Made by a program: the position numbers and the translations under genes. This document shows positions 29,976 through 39,671 of a DNA stretch of 64,000 bases, in pieces. Origin of the DNA: a bacterium. GTDB lineage: Bacteria; UBA8248; JACPRG01; G963555815. The notes under the pieces were generated by a model. The model made no database searches, was not told where the DNA came from, and worked only from the letters and a program-made list of their open reading frames with translations. The stretch lies in the NCBI GenBank assembly GCA_965261595.1, contig CBDHDG010000004.1:352001-416000 (forward strand), given 5' to 3'. Positions within the stretch are counted from its first letter, which is position 1. The number at the start of each line of letters is the position of its first letter.

Positions 29976-31091
29976 ATGAAGCGGGTCTTGATTTGGGTCC
30001 TTGTCCTGAGCGCGGGATTCGTTCTCGGCCGGCCCGCGCCCTCCCCCGCCGCCCAGCGGCGGATCGCCGTCCTGGACTTCCGGAACACGAGCAACCATCC
30101 AGAGCTGGGCTGGCTCTCCCAGGCCGTCCCGGAGACCCTCGTGACGAAGCTCGCGGGGGTCGCCTCGATCCACGTCATCGAGCGGGGACAGCTTGCGAAG
30201 GTCATCAAGGAGCAGCGCCTCGGCATGTCGGACCTGTTCGACCCCTCGAAGGCCGCGAAGGTCGGGCGGCTCGCGGGGGCGCACGTCATCGTCATCGGCG
30301 GGTACGTCGTCTTCGGAAAAGACCTGATGTTCAACCTCCGTTTCGTGGATACGGAGACCGCGATCGTCCTCCACACCGCCCAGGTCCAGGGGGGCGTCTC
30401 GGACGGCAAGGCCCTCTTCGCCGCCCTGATCCGTCTGGCGGACGCGGCGGTCGAGTCGCTGGGGAAGAAGGTCGTCGTCCGGGGAGGCGAGAAGCGGGTC
30501 GTCAAGGCCGCGCCGGTTTCCGTGACACCGAGGGAGAGGCGGCGCCTTGCGGCCCCGCCGGCCAAATCCCTCACGGCGTACGCGCTTTACGGCAAGGGCC
30601 TCGCGGCCTACAAGAAGGGCCGCTGGCGGGAAGCCGACGCGCTTTACGCCCGGGCGCTTGAGAGAGACCCCGCGTTTGCTGGCGCGGCCGGGTGGCGCGC
30701 GACGGTATTGATCGGCCTGGGGCGGTACGCCGAGGCCCTGAACCTCAACGCCCGGGCCCTGGCGCTCTACCGGGAAAAGCGTGACGAAAAAAATACCGCC
30801 GCCGTCCTCAATAACATCGGCGTGATCCACAAAAGACAGGGCCGGTATGACGAGGCGTTGCGGAGGTACGAGGAATCGCTCGACATCAAGCGCAGGCTCG
30901 GAAACCAGGCCGGAATCGCCGCGACGCTCGGGAACATCGGTTCGCTCTATTACCAACAAGGCCGGTATGACGAAGCCATGCGAAAGCACAAGGATTCTCT
31001 CGACATCGAGCGCCGGATCGGCGTGCCGACGAAGCGCACGGAAGGGAATATCACGGTTGTCAAGAAGCGGGTTCCGGGCGGGGGGTGTTGA
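29976..31091 (+). CDS. Secreted CsgG/FlgO-like domain plus TPR protein, copy 1
   Basis: Signal peptide; IAVLDFRN, VIERGQL, AKVGRLAGA; C-terminal TPRs (LNNIG..GRYDEAL). Confidence 0.8.
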   Translation: MKRVLIWVLVLSAGFVLGRPAPSPAAQRRIAVLDFRNTSNHPELGWLSQAVPETLVTKLAGVASIHVIERGQLAKVIKEQRLGMSDLFDPSKAAKVGRLAGAHVIVIGGYVVFGKDLMFNLRFVDTETAIVLHTAQVQGGVSDGKALFAALIRLADAAVESLGKKVVVRGGEKRVVKAAPVSVTPRERRRLAAPPAKSLTAYALYGKGLAAYKKGRWREADALYARALERDPAFAGAAGWRATVLIGLGRYAEALNLNARALALYREKRDEKNTAAVLNNIGVIHKRQGRYDEALRRYEESLDIKRRLGNQAGIAATLGNIGSLYYQQGRYDEAMRKHKDSLDIERRIGVPTKRTEGNITVVKKRVPGGGC

Positions 31092-31140
31092 GGGGGGGGG
31101 GGACATCATATCAGGTACGGTCAAATGGGGTCTCTTCAAT

Positions 31141-31188
31141 ATAGGGGCCGGACGGCGCCACCGCCTCGGTGGTCCCTGTACCGGCCCG
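31141..31188 (+). repeat. REP variant with an internal insertion
   Basis: ATAGGGGCCGG-[insert containing CCACCG..CGGTGG]-TCCCTGTACCGGCCCG, matching the REP at 33314-33340. Confidence 0.6.
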
Positions 31189-31345
31189 TCACACACCCGC
31201 CGGGAACAGAATGTTGTGGCTTGGTCAACACCCAGCCGTTCGGCAGGTTGTTGAGAATCAACCGGTTCACTCGACCTAACTTCGTTCAGCCGATTGGCTT
31301 TGTGATAAATTCATACTAAACACGCCTGACATGGGGATGCTCGTC

Positions 31346-32690
31346 ATGAAGCGGGTCTGGATTTGGGTCTTCGTCTTGAGCGCGGGATTCGTTCTCGGCC
31401 GGCCCGCGCCTTCCCCCGCCGCCCAGCGGCGGATCGCCGTCCTGGACTTCCGGAACACGAAGCAACCATCAAGAGCTGAGCTGGCTCTCCCAGGCCGTCC
31501 CGGAGACCCTCGTGACGAAGCTCGCGGGGGTCGCCTCGATCCACGTCATCGAGCGGGGGCAGCTTGCGAAGCTGCGCCTCGGCATATCGGACCTGTTCGA
31601 CGCCTCGAAGGCCGCGAAGGTCGGACGGCTGGCGGGGGCGCAGGTCGTCGTCATCGGCGGGTACGTCGTCTTCGGCAAGGAGCTGATGTTCAACCTCCGT
31701 TCCGTGGACACTGAGACCGGCATCGTTCAGCACACCGCACAGATCCAGGGAAACGCCGCGACTGGGAAGGCCCTTTTCGGCGCCCTCAACCGCCTGGCGG
31801 ACGCGGCCGTCGAGTCGCTCGAAAAGAAGGTCGTCATCCGGGGGGGTGAGAAGCGGGTCGTGAAGGCCGCACCGGTTTCCCTAACACCGAGGGAGCGAAA
31901 GAGGCTTGCGGCCCCGCCGGCCAAATCCCTCACGGCGTAAGAGCTTTTCGGGAAGGGCCTCGCGGCCTACAAGAAGGGCCGCTGGCGGGAGTCCGACGCC
32001 CTCTACGCCCGGGCGCTGGAGAGAGACCCCGCCTTCGCCGACGCCGCCCTCCGGCGCGCGACGGTGTTGAGTGGCCTGGGCCGGTACGGCGAGGCTCTCG
32101 ACCTCAACGCCCGCGCCCTGGCCCTCTACCGTGAAAAGGGCGATGAGAAGAACGTCTCCGCCGTCCTCAACAACATCGCTACGATCCAGTACAGAAAAGG
32201 CCTATATGACGAGGCATTGCGGCGGTACGAGGAATCACTCGACATCGGGCGTAGGCTGGGAAACCAGGTGGGAATTGCCGCGACGCTCAACAACATCGGT
32301 CTGATCCACGATAGACAAGGCCGGTATGACGAGGCATTGCGGCGGTACGAGGAATCACTCGACATCAAGCGCAGGCTGGGAAACCAGGCGGGAATCGCGA
32401 CGACACTCAGCAATATCGGCGAGGTCCACCGAAATCAAGGCCGGTATGACGAGGCATTGCGGCGGTACGAGGAATCAATCGGCATCGACCGCAGGCTGGG
32501 AAACCAGGCGGGAATCGCAACGACGCTCAACAACATGGCATTCTTGCGTTACAAGCAGAGAAAGTACGTTGAGGCCCTCAGGTTGCTCTGCCAGACTCTT
32601 ACCATCCGGCGCCGGATTGGCGTACCTACGAAGAACACGGAAAAAGGAGTCGAGATCGTAAAAGAGCGCGTTCCGGGCGGGGGGTGTTGA
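31346..32690 (+). pseudogene. CsgG-like plus TPR protein, copy 2 (frameshift about 31460, in-frame TAA at 31938-31940)
   Basis: Close DNA paralog of copy 1; TAC changed to TAA; extra TPR units. Confidence 0.8.
32205..32535 (+). repeat. 120-bp tandem repeats encoding 40-aa TPR units
   Basis: TATGACGAGGCATTGCGGCGGTACGAGGAATCA recurs at 32205, 32325 and 32445. Confidence 0.9.
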
Positions 32691-32805
32691 TGGGGGGACG
32701 AGGCATCATGAATCCCTACGGAAGGGCAGGACGGTTTGGCGTTACGGTTTTCGGTGGTCCGCGATGGGCGGGATGATGAACGGCTTCTCTACCGACACGC
32801 ACTAG

Positions 32806-33306
32806 ATGACGAAACCCCTATCTGCGAGATCCAAACCCTTCCCCCGCCGGAAACGCCTCCGTCTGCTGAATTTCGATTATGCCCAACCCGGCTACGCTTA
32901 TTTCCTGACACTGTGCGTCAAGGATTCGCTTCCGGTATTCGGCAACCACGAACTCGCCGCGCGGGTTGTCTCCATCCTCCAGGAGGACCGATCCCGTCGG
33001 GGCATCCGGGTTTTCGCCTATTGCCTCATGCCCGATCACCTTCACCTCGTCGTGTCTCTCGATGGGCGGGGCAAGAGCATCCCGGCATGGCTTGGGGACT
33101 TCAAGAAGCTGACGACAAAAGCGGGTTGGGATTGCGGTCTGGAAGGAGGCTTGTGGCAACGCAGTTTCTATAACCACGTTGTACGGCGTGACGAAAACCT
33201 GGAATCGATCTGCCGGTACGTGTTGGAGAATCCGGTGCGAGCCGGAATGGTCACAAAAACCGACGAATACCCGTTTTCAGGAACGCCGGACCTCATTGCC
33301 CGTTGA
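32806..33306 (+). CDS. rayT: REP-associated tyrosine transposase (RAYT, HUH/Y1)
   Basis: RKRLRL..FDY, YFLTLC, YCLMPDHLH, LWQRSFY.H.VR, YVLENPVRAG. Confidence 0.9.
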   Translation: MTKPLSARSKPFPRRKRLRLLNFDYAQPGYAYFLTLCVKDSLPVFGNHELAARVVSILQEDRSRRGIRVFAYCLMPDHLHLVVSLDGRGKSIPAWLGDFKKLTTKAGWDCGLEGGLWQRSFYNHVVRRDENLESICRYVLENPVRAGMVTKTDEYPFSGTPDLIAR

Positions 33307-33313
33307 GGGTTTT

Positions 33314-33387
33314 CGGGCCGGTACGGGGACCGGCCCCTACGAGAAACAACGTTGTGTGCCGTAGGGGCGGGTCCCCATACCCGCCCG
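33314..33387. repeat. Inverted pair of GTAG-type REPs next to the RAYT
   Basis: Reverse complement of 33314-33340 is GTAGGGGCCGGTCCCCGTACCGGCCCG; 33361-33387 is GTAGGGGCGGGTCCCCATACCCGCCCG. Confidence 0.88.
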
Positions 33388-33503
33388 CAAAAACGGTCGT
33401 TGCGAATATCCGCTACACTCCGCCGAACATGGCGACCGGTGCGATCCCTGCGGGAAGCGGTGCACGAGACCTTCGGTTGGTGAGAAACACGCGCCGGGCG
33501 AGG

Positions 33504-33728
33504 TCACCCCTTGACCAGCACCAGCCTCCACTCGCCGCCCGAGACCTTCTCGGCCGTCACGGCGTGGCCGGCGCGCTTCGCCCAGCGGGAGATGTTGTCC
33601 ACGGCCAGGGGATAGTCCACGAGGGCGATCAGCCGGTCGCCGCCCGCAAGCCCCTCCATCGCCGACTGGACCTGGAAGAGGGGATCGGGGCAGACCTGTC
33701 CGCGCAGGTCCAGGGTTTGCTCTTTCAT
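33504..33728 (-). CDS. TusA/SirA-family sulfur carrier (YeeD-like)
   Basis: LDLRGQVCPDP motif. Confidence 0.88.
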   Translation of the reverse strand: MKEQTLDLRGQVCPDPLFQVQSAMEGLAGGDRLIALVDYPLAVDNISRWAKRAGHAVTAEKVSGGEWRLVLVKG

Positions 33729-34726
33729 CCGCTCCGAAGCCTCCTTTGAAAGAACCAATACGTTCCCGCCCAGACCCCCAGGATGGTGAAGACGGTCGAG
33801 ACGACGCTGCTCAGCGCCAGGGCCGAGACCCCCGTGAGGCCGTGGCTGATGTTGCACCCTCCGGCCGTCACGGCCCCGAACCCCATGAGCAGTCCGCCGC
33901 CGAATTGTCCGGCCATCCGCTGGGGGGGAGGCGCACGCCACGAGAGCTCCCCCGAAAGGCGCGCCGCGGCGAACGACCCGAACGGCATCGCCAGGACCAT
34001 GAAGACCGCCCAGTTGATCCCCGAGGCGTCCCCCGCCGTCGCGAACCTCGCCATGAGGGCCGTGGGACCGGTGATCGACAGGCCGTAATGCCGGCCGGTG
34101 AGACCGGACAGGAACCACGCCGGCGCCGCCAGCAGGCCGAGGAGGAGGCCGGTCTTCATCCAGCCCCAGCCGAAGAGCGGGACCTCGCGGGGGATCCGAA
34201 TGGCCCAGACAACTACCGCGACCGCGCCCACGCCCACGATGACCCACGGATGGACGCCCAGGAGGTTCGCCAGGGTGGGGACCTGGCCGCCAATCTCGAT
34301 CTCCGACCCCGTCCCCCCCCGGACCCAGAGCCGCACGGGCCGCAGGACCCCCCAGACCGTCGCCGCCGCCGCCAGGCCGAACCCCAGAAGCGCCACGAAC
34401 GAGCCCACCATCCCTTCCCCCACACGGCTCCACGTCCCGCTCGAACACCCGCCCGCCAGGGTCATCCCGATCCCGAAGACGAGCCCGCCCACGACCGCCG
34501 CCCGCCAGTAGAAAGGGACGCGCCACATCTCGAGCAGGCCCAGGGAGGCCCCGAGGTGAATGAGAACGGCCTGGACGGCTACGGCCAGCAGGTACGCCCG
34601 CAAGAGCGTCGCGTCCCCGGCGAACCGGACGGCCCGGAAGGCCGAGTTCATGCAGAACCGGCCGCGCTGGAGGATGATCCCGAAGAGAAACCCGACCGGC
34701 AGGCCGAGGGCGATTTGAAGGGCCAT
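33725..34726 (-). CDS. YeeE/YedE thiosulfate transporter family
   Basis: QRGRFCM, LAGGCSSG, TAGGCNI conserved Cys motifs; hydrophobic. Confidence 0.9.
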   Translation of the reverse strand: MALQIALGLPVGFLFGIILQRGRFCMNSAFRAVRFAGDATLLRAYLLAVAVQAVLIHLGASLGLLEMWRVPFYWRAAVVGGLVFGIGMTLAGGCSSGTWSRVGEGMVGSFVALLGFGLAAAATVWGVLRPVRLWVRGGTGSEIEIGGQVPTLANLLGVHPWVIVGVGAVAVVVWAIRIPREVPLFGWGWMKTGLLLGLLAAPAWFLSGLTGRHYGLSITGPTALMARFATAGDASGINWAVFMVLAMPFGSFAAARLSGELSWRAPPPQRMAGQFGGGLLMGFGAVTAGGCNISHGLTGVSALALSSVVSTVFTILGVWAGTYWFFQRRLRSG

Positions 34727-34734
34727 GAAACGGA

Positions 34735-35373
34735 TTACTCGATGACCGGATGCCCGGCCTTGAACCACGCGCCGAAGCCTTCGGCGACGCTGGACGCCCG
34801 GGCGTATCCCCGGCCGGCAAAGAGCGCGGCGGCCGTCGCGCTCCGGAGGCCCTGCTCGCAGATGAAGACCAGATCCCGGTCTTTGGAGAATTCCCCGATC
34901 CGGCCCAAGAGGTCTCCCAGGGAGACGAGGCGCGCGCCTTCGATGACGCCGAGGCCCCACTCGAACGGCTCCCGGACGTCGACCAGCTCGAAGGCGGCCC
35001 GGTTCTCGCTCCAACTCTCGTGAAGCGCCTCGACGGAGATCAGGCCGAGGGGCTCGACCGGCTTCCCGGCGGCCGCCCAGGCGTCCATCCCGCCCGCAAG
35101 GCGGCCAAGGACGTCATACCCCCCGGCAGAGTCGAACCAGCCGCCCGCCTGCCGGACCCGGTCCTCCTCCCCGATGAGGACAACGCGGGAGGGAGCGGGC
35201 GCGACGGCGGGAACGTGCTTCGGGATGCTCCGCGCGCTGAAGGCGATGAAGATCGCCCCGGGAATTCTGGCCTCGCAATATGGGCCGAGGTCCCTGAAAT
35301 CCAGGAGGACGGCCCCCCGCTCGGCGGCCTCTGAAACCTCATCGGGGTCCAGAGGCCGGAGTCCTTCGCTCAT
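34735..35373 (-). CDS. Tandem-domain rhodanese
   Basis: LDFR...IPGA, AGGMDAW, DVREPFEW, active loop CEQGLRS. Confidence 0.88.
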   Translation of the reverse strand: MSEGLRPLDPDEVSEAAERGAVLLDFRDLGPYCEARIPGAIFIAFSARSIPKHVPAVAPAPSRVVLIGEEDRVRQAGGWFDSAGGYDVLGRLAGGMDAWAAAGKPVEPLGLISVEALHESWSENRAAFELVDVREPFEWGLGVIEGARLVSLGDLLGRIGEFSKDRDLVFICEQGLRSATAAALFAGRGYARASSVAEGFGAWFKAGHPVIE

Positions 35374-35407
35374 GTCGTTCCCCTCCCGCCCAGTGGATAA
35401 CACATCC

Positions 35408-35596
35408 TTTTTTTATCCACAGATTACACAGATTACGCAGATTTTAAAGGCTGACCCAAGGAAAAAAATCTCTGTAGTCTATGGATCGATCAAGACGGAT
35501 TGCCATCGACGGATTGACACAAGAAAGGCATCCTTAAGGGTGTAATCATCTTCCCTTTTTCCTCTGTGCAATCTGTGTAATCTGTGGATAAAAAAA
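35408..35596. repeat. MITE-like element with 34-bp terminal inverted repeats
   Basis: TTTTTTTATCCACAGATTACACAGATTACGCAGA versus the reverse complement of the right arm: 2 mismatches. Confidence 0.8.
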
Positions 35597-35612
35597 GAAG
35601 TTCGTCCGTCCC

Positions 35613-35888
35613 CTATGCGACATGGGCGATCGACGCCGGGGGGAACGCCCCCAGGGCGTAGATGGTGTAGGTCTCGATGGGGGCCAGGGGGTTTCCGTTC
35701 AGAAGTTTCATGAGCTCTTCATGTGATGCCACCTCGAAGATGGAGGCGTAACCCTTCAGCCCGACGATGGGGTGAATCTTCGCTTTTCCCCTTGCTTCCA
35801 GCAAGGAAAAATACTCCACTCACCCCTGGATGTCGGCGCCCTTGGGCATCAGTGCGGGCGGCTCGTTGATGACGAGAAACTTCGGCAT
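35613..35888 (-). pseudogene. Small muconolactone-isomerase/DUF3303-like protein, frameshifted near 35820
   Basis: MPKFLVI...DIQG continues out of frame into ...IFEVASHEELMKLLNGNPL...YAL; paralog of the upstream gene. Confidence 0.55.
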
Positions 35889-35920
35889 GGCGGCGTTCTC
35901 CTTTGGATGATTCAAACAGA

Positions 35921-36226
35921 TCAGGGAAGGTTGAACTCGAAGCCGATGGCCTCCATGGCCTTCCGCTCCCCTTCCAGCGTTCCGAGCGCGTACACTTGGT
36001 ACGTTCCCCACCGGCCCAGTGGGTTTTTGAAAAGCTCGGCCATCAAATCGTCGTGGCTCTCTACGTCGATCAGGATGGCGAACCCGTATCCGTCATCCTC
36101 GACGAGGGTGTGGATCTCCGCGTTTCTCTTCTCTTTCAACCCTTCGAGGTGCTCGATACACCCCTGGATGTTGACGCCCTCGGGCAGGGGCTTGGCCGGG
36201 CGGGCGAGGACCAGGAATTTGTTCAT
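35921..36226 (-). CDS. Small muconolactone-isomerase/DUF3303-like protein
   Basis: MNKFLVL...ILIDVESHDDLMAELFKNPL...VYAL pattern. Confidence 0.55.
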   Translation of the reverse strand: MNKFLVLARPAKPLPEGVNIQGCIEHLEGLKEKRNAEIHTLVEDDGYGFAILIDVESHDDLMAELFKNPLGRWGTYQVYALGTLEGERKAMEAIGFEFNLP

Positions 36227-36303
36227 GTCCGATGCTCCGTTTCAAGCCGCCAAAAGCGGTCTGTTCAAGTTCCGCGGCCGGATGAGGGATATCTTCCCGG
36301 GGC

Positions 36304-37926
36304 TCAGAAGGTGTAAACACGCTCCCCCGTTTCCCCCGCCTCCGACCGCCGCCTCAGCTCGTTCCGCTTGATCTTACCAGATGTCGTTTTGGGGAGCGCC
36401 TCCAAAAACTCGATGACCTTCGGGGCCTTGTACGGAGCGATGCGCCTGCGGAGCAGGTCCCGGAGCGCGCGGGCCATCGCCGCGTCCGGATCCTGTCCGG
36501 GCTTCAGGACGACACAGGCCTTGACCCGCTGGCCCATCTCGGCATCCGCGACCCCGATGACGCCGGCCTCCAGAACGCCGGGGTGCTCCATACAGGTCTC
36601 CTCGACCTCTTTGGGGGAGATCAGGTAGCCGCGGCTCTTGATCAGGTCGTCGGTCCGGCTCACGTACCAGAAATAGCCCGCTTCGTCGAAGGAACCCAGG
36701 TCCCCCGTGTAATACCAGCCGCCGACGTGGTTCTCGGCCCACTTCTCCGGCATCTTCCGGTACTCGATGAAAAGCCCCGGACCGTCCTCCCGAATGGCGA
36801 CCCGCCCCACTTCGTCCGCCGGAACCGGGCGGCCGTCGTCGCCGTGAATCTCAACGACCCCTCCGGGAAAGACCTTCCCCGCCGAGCCCGGCTTGATGGG
36901 CTCGCCCGCGAGGCTGCCGCAAAACTTCTGCGACTCCGAGACGCCGATCCCATCCAGGATGTCGCAGCCGAACCGCTCCTTCCATTCCCGGTAGGTCTCC
37001 GGCGGCAGGGTCTCACCCGAGCTGTCGCAAAGCCGGAGAGCGCTCAGGTCATGCTCCTTCTCGGCCCCTTCGACGGCCAGCATCATCCGGTAGGCCGTGG
37101 GGACGGCGGCGAGGACGGTGATCCGGTTCTCTGCGACGACCCGGAAGGCCTCGGCGGGTCTGAAGCGCTCGGGGTGGATGAACACAGGCGTTCCGCAAAA
37201 GAGGGGATACAGGAGACCGTGCCCCCAGGCGTAGACGAAGCTGAATTCGGCCGGGTGCCAGCAGAGGTCGTCCGGGCGGAGCTTCAGGACCAGCTTCCCG
37301 ATGGGGTCGCCGGTGCCGATGAGCCAGCGGTGCGTATGGACAATCCCCTTGGGCAGGCCGGTTGTCCCCGAGGTGTACGCCATGAACGCCTCGTCCTCGG
37401 CGGAGGTCTGTATCGCGTCCACATCGAGGGGCTCGGCCGAGGCCAAGGAGGCGAACGGGAGCATCCCCGGTCCATCGCCGCCGAACAGGATGATGTGCTT
37501 CAGCGCCGGGCAGTCGGGCAGGACCTTCTCGACGCCCTCCATCCGGTCCGGGGTGGTCAGGACGGCCTTGGCGTCGGAATTGTCGATGACGTGCCGAAGC
37601 TCCCGCGGACCGAGCAGAGAGCTGCTCAGGACAGGGACGGCCCCGATCCGCAATCCCGCGAGGGCCGCGACGACATAATCCGGGTGGTTGTGGGAGCGGA
37701 GGATGAAGGTGTCCCCGCGCCCGATGCCGAGGTCGCGAAACGATCGGGCGCAACGCCGCATCCGGTCATCGAGCGCTCCGAACGAGATCTTCTCCGAACC
37801 GTAAACGAGGGCCGTCTCACCCCCCCTCCCCTCCGCCACCCACCGGCCGCAGACGGCGTGGGCCATGTTGAATCGGGTCGGAATCTTCAGATAGTCCGGC
37901 GGGAGGGGAACGTCCCAATTACCCAT
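36304..37926 (-). CDS. Acyl-CoA synthetase (benzoate-CoA ligase-like)
   Basis: YTSGTTGLPKG, SSGE, DGIGVSE, YTGD, PKTTSGKIKR. Confidence 0.92.
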   Translation of the reverse strand: MGNWDVPLPPDYLKIPTRFNMAHAVCGRWVAEGRGGETALVYGSEKISFGALDDRMRRCARSFRDLGIGRGDTFILRSHNHPDYVVAALAGLRIGAVPVLSSSLLGPRELRHVIDNSDAKAVLTTPDRMEGVEKVLPDCPALKHIILFGGDGPGMLPFASLASAEPLDVDAIQTSAEDEAFMAYTSGTTGLPKGIVHTHRWLIGTGDPIGKLVLKLRPDDLCWHPAEFSFVYAWGHGLLYPLFCGTPVFIHPERFRPAEAFRVVAENRITVLAAVPTAYRMMLAVEGAEKEHDLSALRLCDSSGETLPPETYREWKERFGCDILDGIGVSESQKFCGSLAGEPIKPGSAGKVFPGGVVEIHGDDGRPVPADEVGRVAIREDGPGLFIEYRKMPEKWAENHVGGWYYTGDLGSFDEAGYFWYVSRTDDLIKSRGYLISPKEVEETCMEHPGVLEAGVIGVADAEMGQRVKACVVLKPGQDPDAAMARALRDLLRRRIAPYKAPKVIEFLEALPKTTSGKIKRNELRRRSEAGETGERVYTF

Positions 37927-37995
37927 CCAGGCGCCCTTTCATGGACAAACGCAACGCAAACCGAAACCGCCGGGGGGGGGGGGCAATCGCTTGGG

Positions 37996-38433
37996 TCACT
38001 TCGCCCGTTCCCAAATCAGGACGCTGGTGGTCTCTCCCCCTCCATAAACGAGCGATGGCGTGCTCAGCTTCAATCGGCCGTCCGAGAACTCGAAAAACCG
38101 GACCTGTTCTCCGCCGATCCAGTTGGGGAAGAGGCTGGTCTCGACGCGATGGAGGACGCAGGCGTCGTCTTCCCGAACCTCATAGGTTCCGGAATAAGCG
38201 ATGTAGCCTTCGAACGCGGCGCGAACCTCTTCGGATTCGCCTTTCAGCATATCGCCCGAAGCGAAAGCCGGACGGTCCCGGCGCATGATCTGCACGGACA
38301 TCCGGCCGTCGGCGTCATAGATCACCCGGCCCACGGCATCCTCGCCCAAGGGGGTGATGACTCGGCCGTCCGACAGGCGCGCCTCAAAGGAAACAAGGTC
38401 CCACACACCCACGAAAGATTGCTTGGCGCCCAT
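37996..38433 (-). CDS. Lipocalin-like domain protein
   Basis: FVGVWDLVSF, YDADGRMS, YIAYSGTY, FPNWIGGEQVR, LIWER. Confidence 0.85.
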   Translation of the reverse strand: MGAKQSFVGVWDLVSFEARLSDGRVITPLGEDAVGRVIYDADGRMSVQIMRRDRPAFASGDMLKGESEEVRAAFEGYIAYSGTYEVREDDACVLHRVETSLFPNWIGGEQVRFFEFSDGRLKLSTPSLVYGGGETTSVLIWERAK

Positions 38434-38603
38434 TCCGGCTTCCCCCTCCTCCCCTCCCCCCCCCCTCTTTCAGAGCGCGCGACGCGGCGATTCATTCGGG
38501 ATCGCCCGACCGTCGACCTCAATCACCGCGTCGTCACACGCGTCCTCCAGCGAGGGATGTGGAATTGTAAAGAATGACAGCGGACCCTGTAAAGGATGCG
38601 GCG

Positions 38604-39560
38604 TCAGCCCCGATTTTCGGAAAGGCACCGGACGAGCGAGTCGGTCAGCCTCCGCATCAAAGCAAAATATTGCCCCGGCCCGGCTTGGAGGTCCGCGCCC
38701 AAAGGGTCGAGGACGGCCGCCCTCACGCCCGCGCCGGCCACAACCGTCCGGACAAGCGACAACCTGAATTGCGGCTCGGCGAACACGCAGACGACGCCCA
38801 GCCGCCGGACCCTGGCCCGGATCTCGAAAATTCGCCTCGCCCCGGGTCTTCGCTCGGGAGAAACCGTGAGCGAGCCCGCCACGTTCAATCCGTACCGATC
38901 CTCGAAATACCGGTAGGCGTCGTGGAACACAATATACGGGACGGCCGCCACCGGGCCGAGCCGAGACCGGATCTCTTCGTCCAGGGCGTGGAGCCGCCGA
39001 ATCATCGTCCGGCCGTTTTCCTGGTATCGGCGCCCGCGACGGGGATCGGCGCGGCCCAACACTTCCACAATCTCCCGGACCATGGCCCGCGCGTTCACCG
39101 GGTCGAGCCAAACATGGGGGTCGAATGGCCCCGCTCGGCGCTTCCCTCCCTCCCCCTTCTCTCCCCCCCCCCAGGCCCCGCCCTTCCGGACGGCCAGCCG
39201 GACCAGACGTCCGGTCTTCGCAAACTCGATGATGCGCGCCCTCGTGGACAGGACCTTCAGGGGTTTACGCAGAAAAGTCTCGAACGTCTCTCCCACCCAG
39301 ATCACCACATCCGCCCGCAGCAGCGCGCGCGCGTCGGAGGGGCGGAGGGAATAAGTGTGCGGCGAGGCCGCCCCCCGGACCAGGAGGCGCGGGACGCCGA
39401 CGCCCTCCATCACGCCCGCGGCCAGCGCGTGAAGCGGCCTGACGCTTACGACCACCCTGGGCGCGCCTTCACCGGCCCACGCGGGACTTCCCGGGAATTG
39501 GACCAACCCACACACAACCCCAATCAACGCGGCAACCCACTTCCCCGAGTCTATCGCCAT
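38604..39560 (-). CDS. znuA: Zinc ABC transporter periplasmic protein
   Basis: VSVRPLH, ASPHTY, DPHVWLDP, FHDAY.YFE, CVFAEPQF. Confidence 0.9.
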   Translation of the reverse strand: MAIDSGKWVAALIGVVCGLVQFPGSPAWAGEGAPRVVVSVRPLHALAAGVMEGVGVPRLLVRGAASPHTYSLRPSDARALLRADVVIWVGETFETFLRKPLKVLSTRARIIEFAKTGRLVRLAVRKGGAWGGGEKGEGGKRRAGPFDPHVWLDPVNARAMVREIVEVLGRADPRRGRRYQENGRTMIRRLHALDEEIRSRLGPVAAVPYIVFHDAYRYFEDRYGLNVAGSLTVSPERRPGARRIFEIRARVRRLGVVCVFAEPQFRLSLVRTVVAGAGVRAAVLDPLGADLQAGPGQYFALMRRLTDSLVRCLSENRG

Positions 39561-39608
39561 CGCCGGACGGGTCTCCCTATCGGGATGAAATTCGACTTAT
39601 CTCCGATC

Positions 39609-39626
39609 ATGCAATATTATAACATT
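39609..39626. promoter_or_regulatory. Zur box between the divergent znuA and zur-znuCB
   Basis: Reverse complement AATGTTATAATATTGCAT resembles the Zur consensus AATGTTATANTATAACATT. Confidence 0.75.
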
Positions 39627-39671
39627 AAATAACCGGCTTGTTTTTCGCAAGTCTTATAAGGTCTGAACGCC

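Noticed and set aside
32205..32535. CRISPR-like regular repeats
   Set aside because: The 120-bp period is in frame and encodes TPR units; there are no unique spacers or cas genes.
36583..38577. Long antisense ORFs (here, and for example 60648-62384, 57662-59332, 47801-49345)
   Set aside because: Shadow frames of real genes in high-GC DNA with no recognisable motifs.
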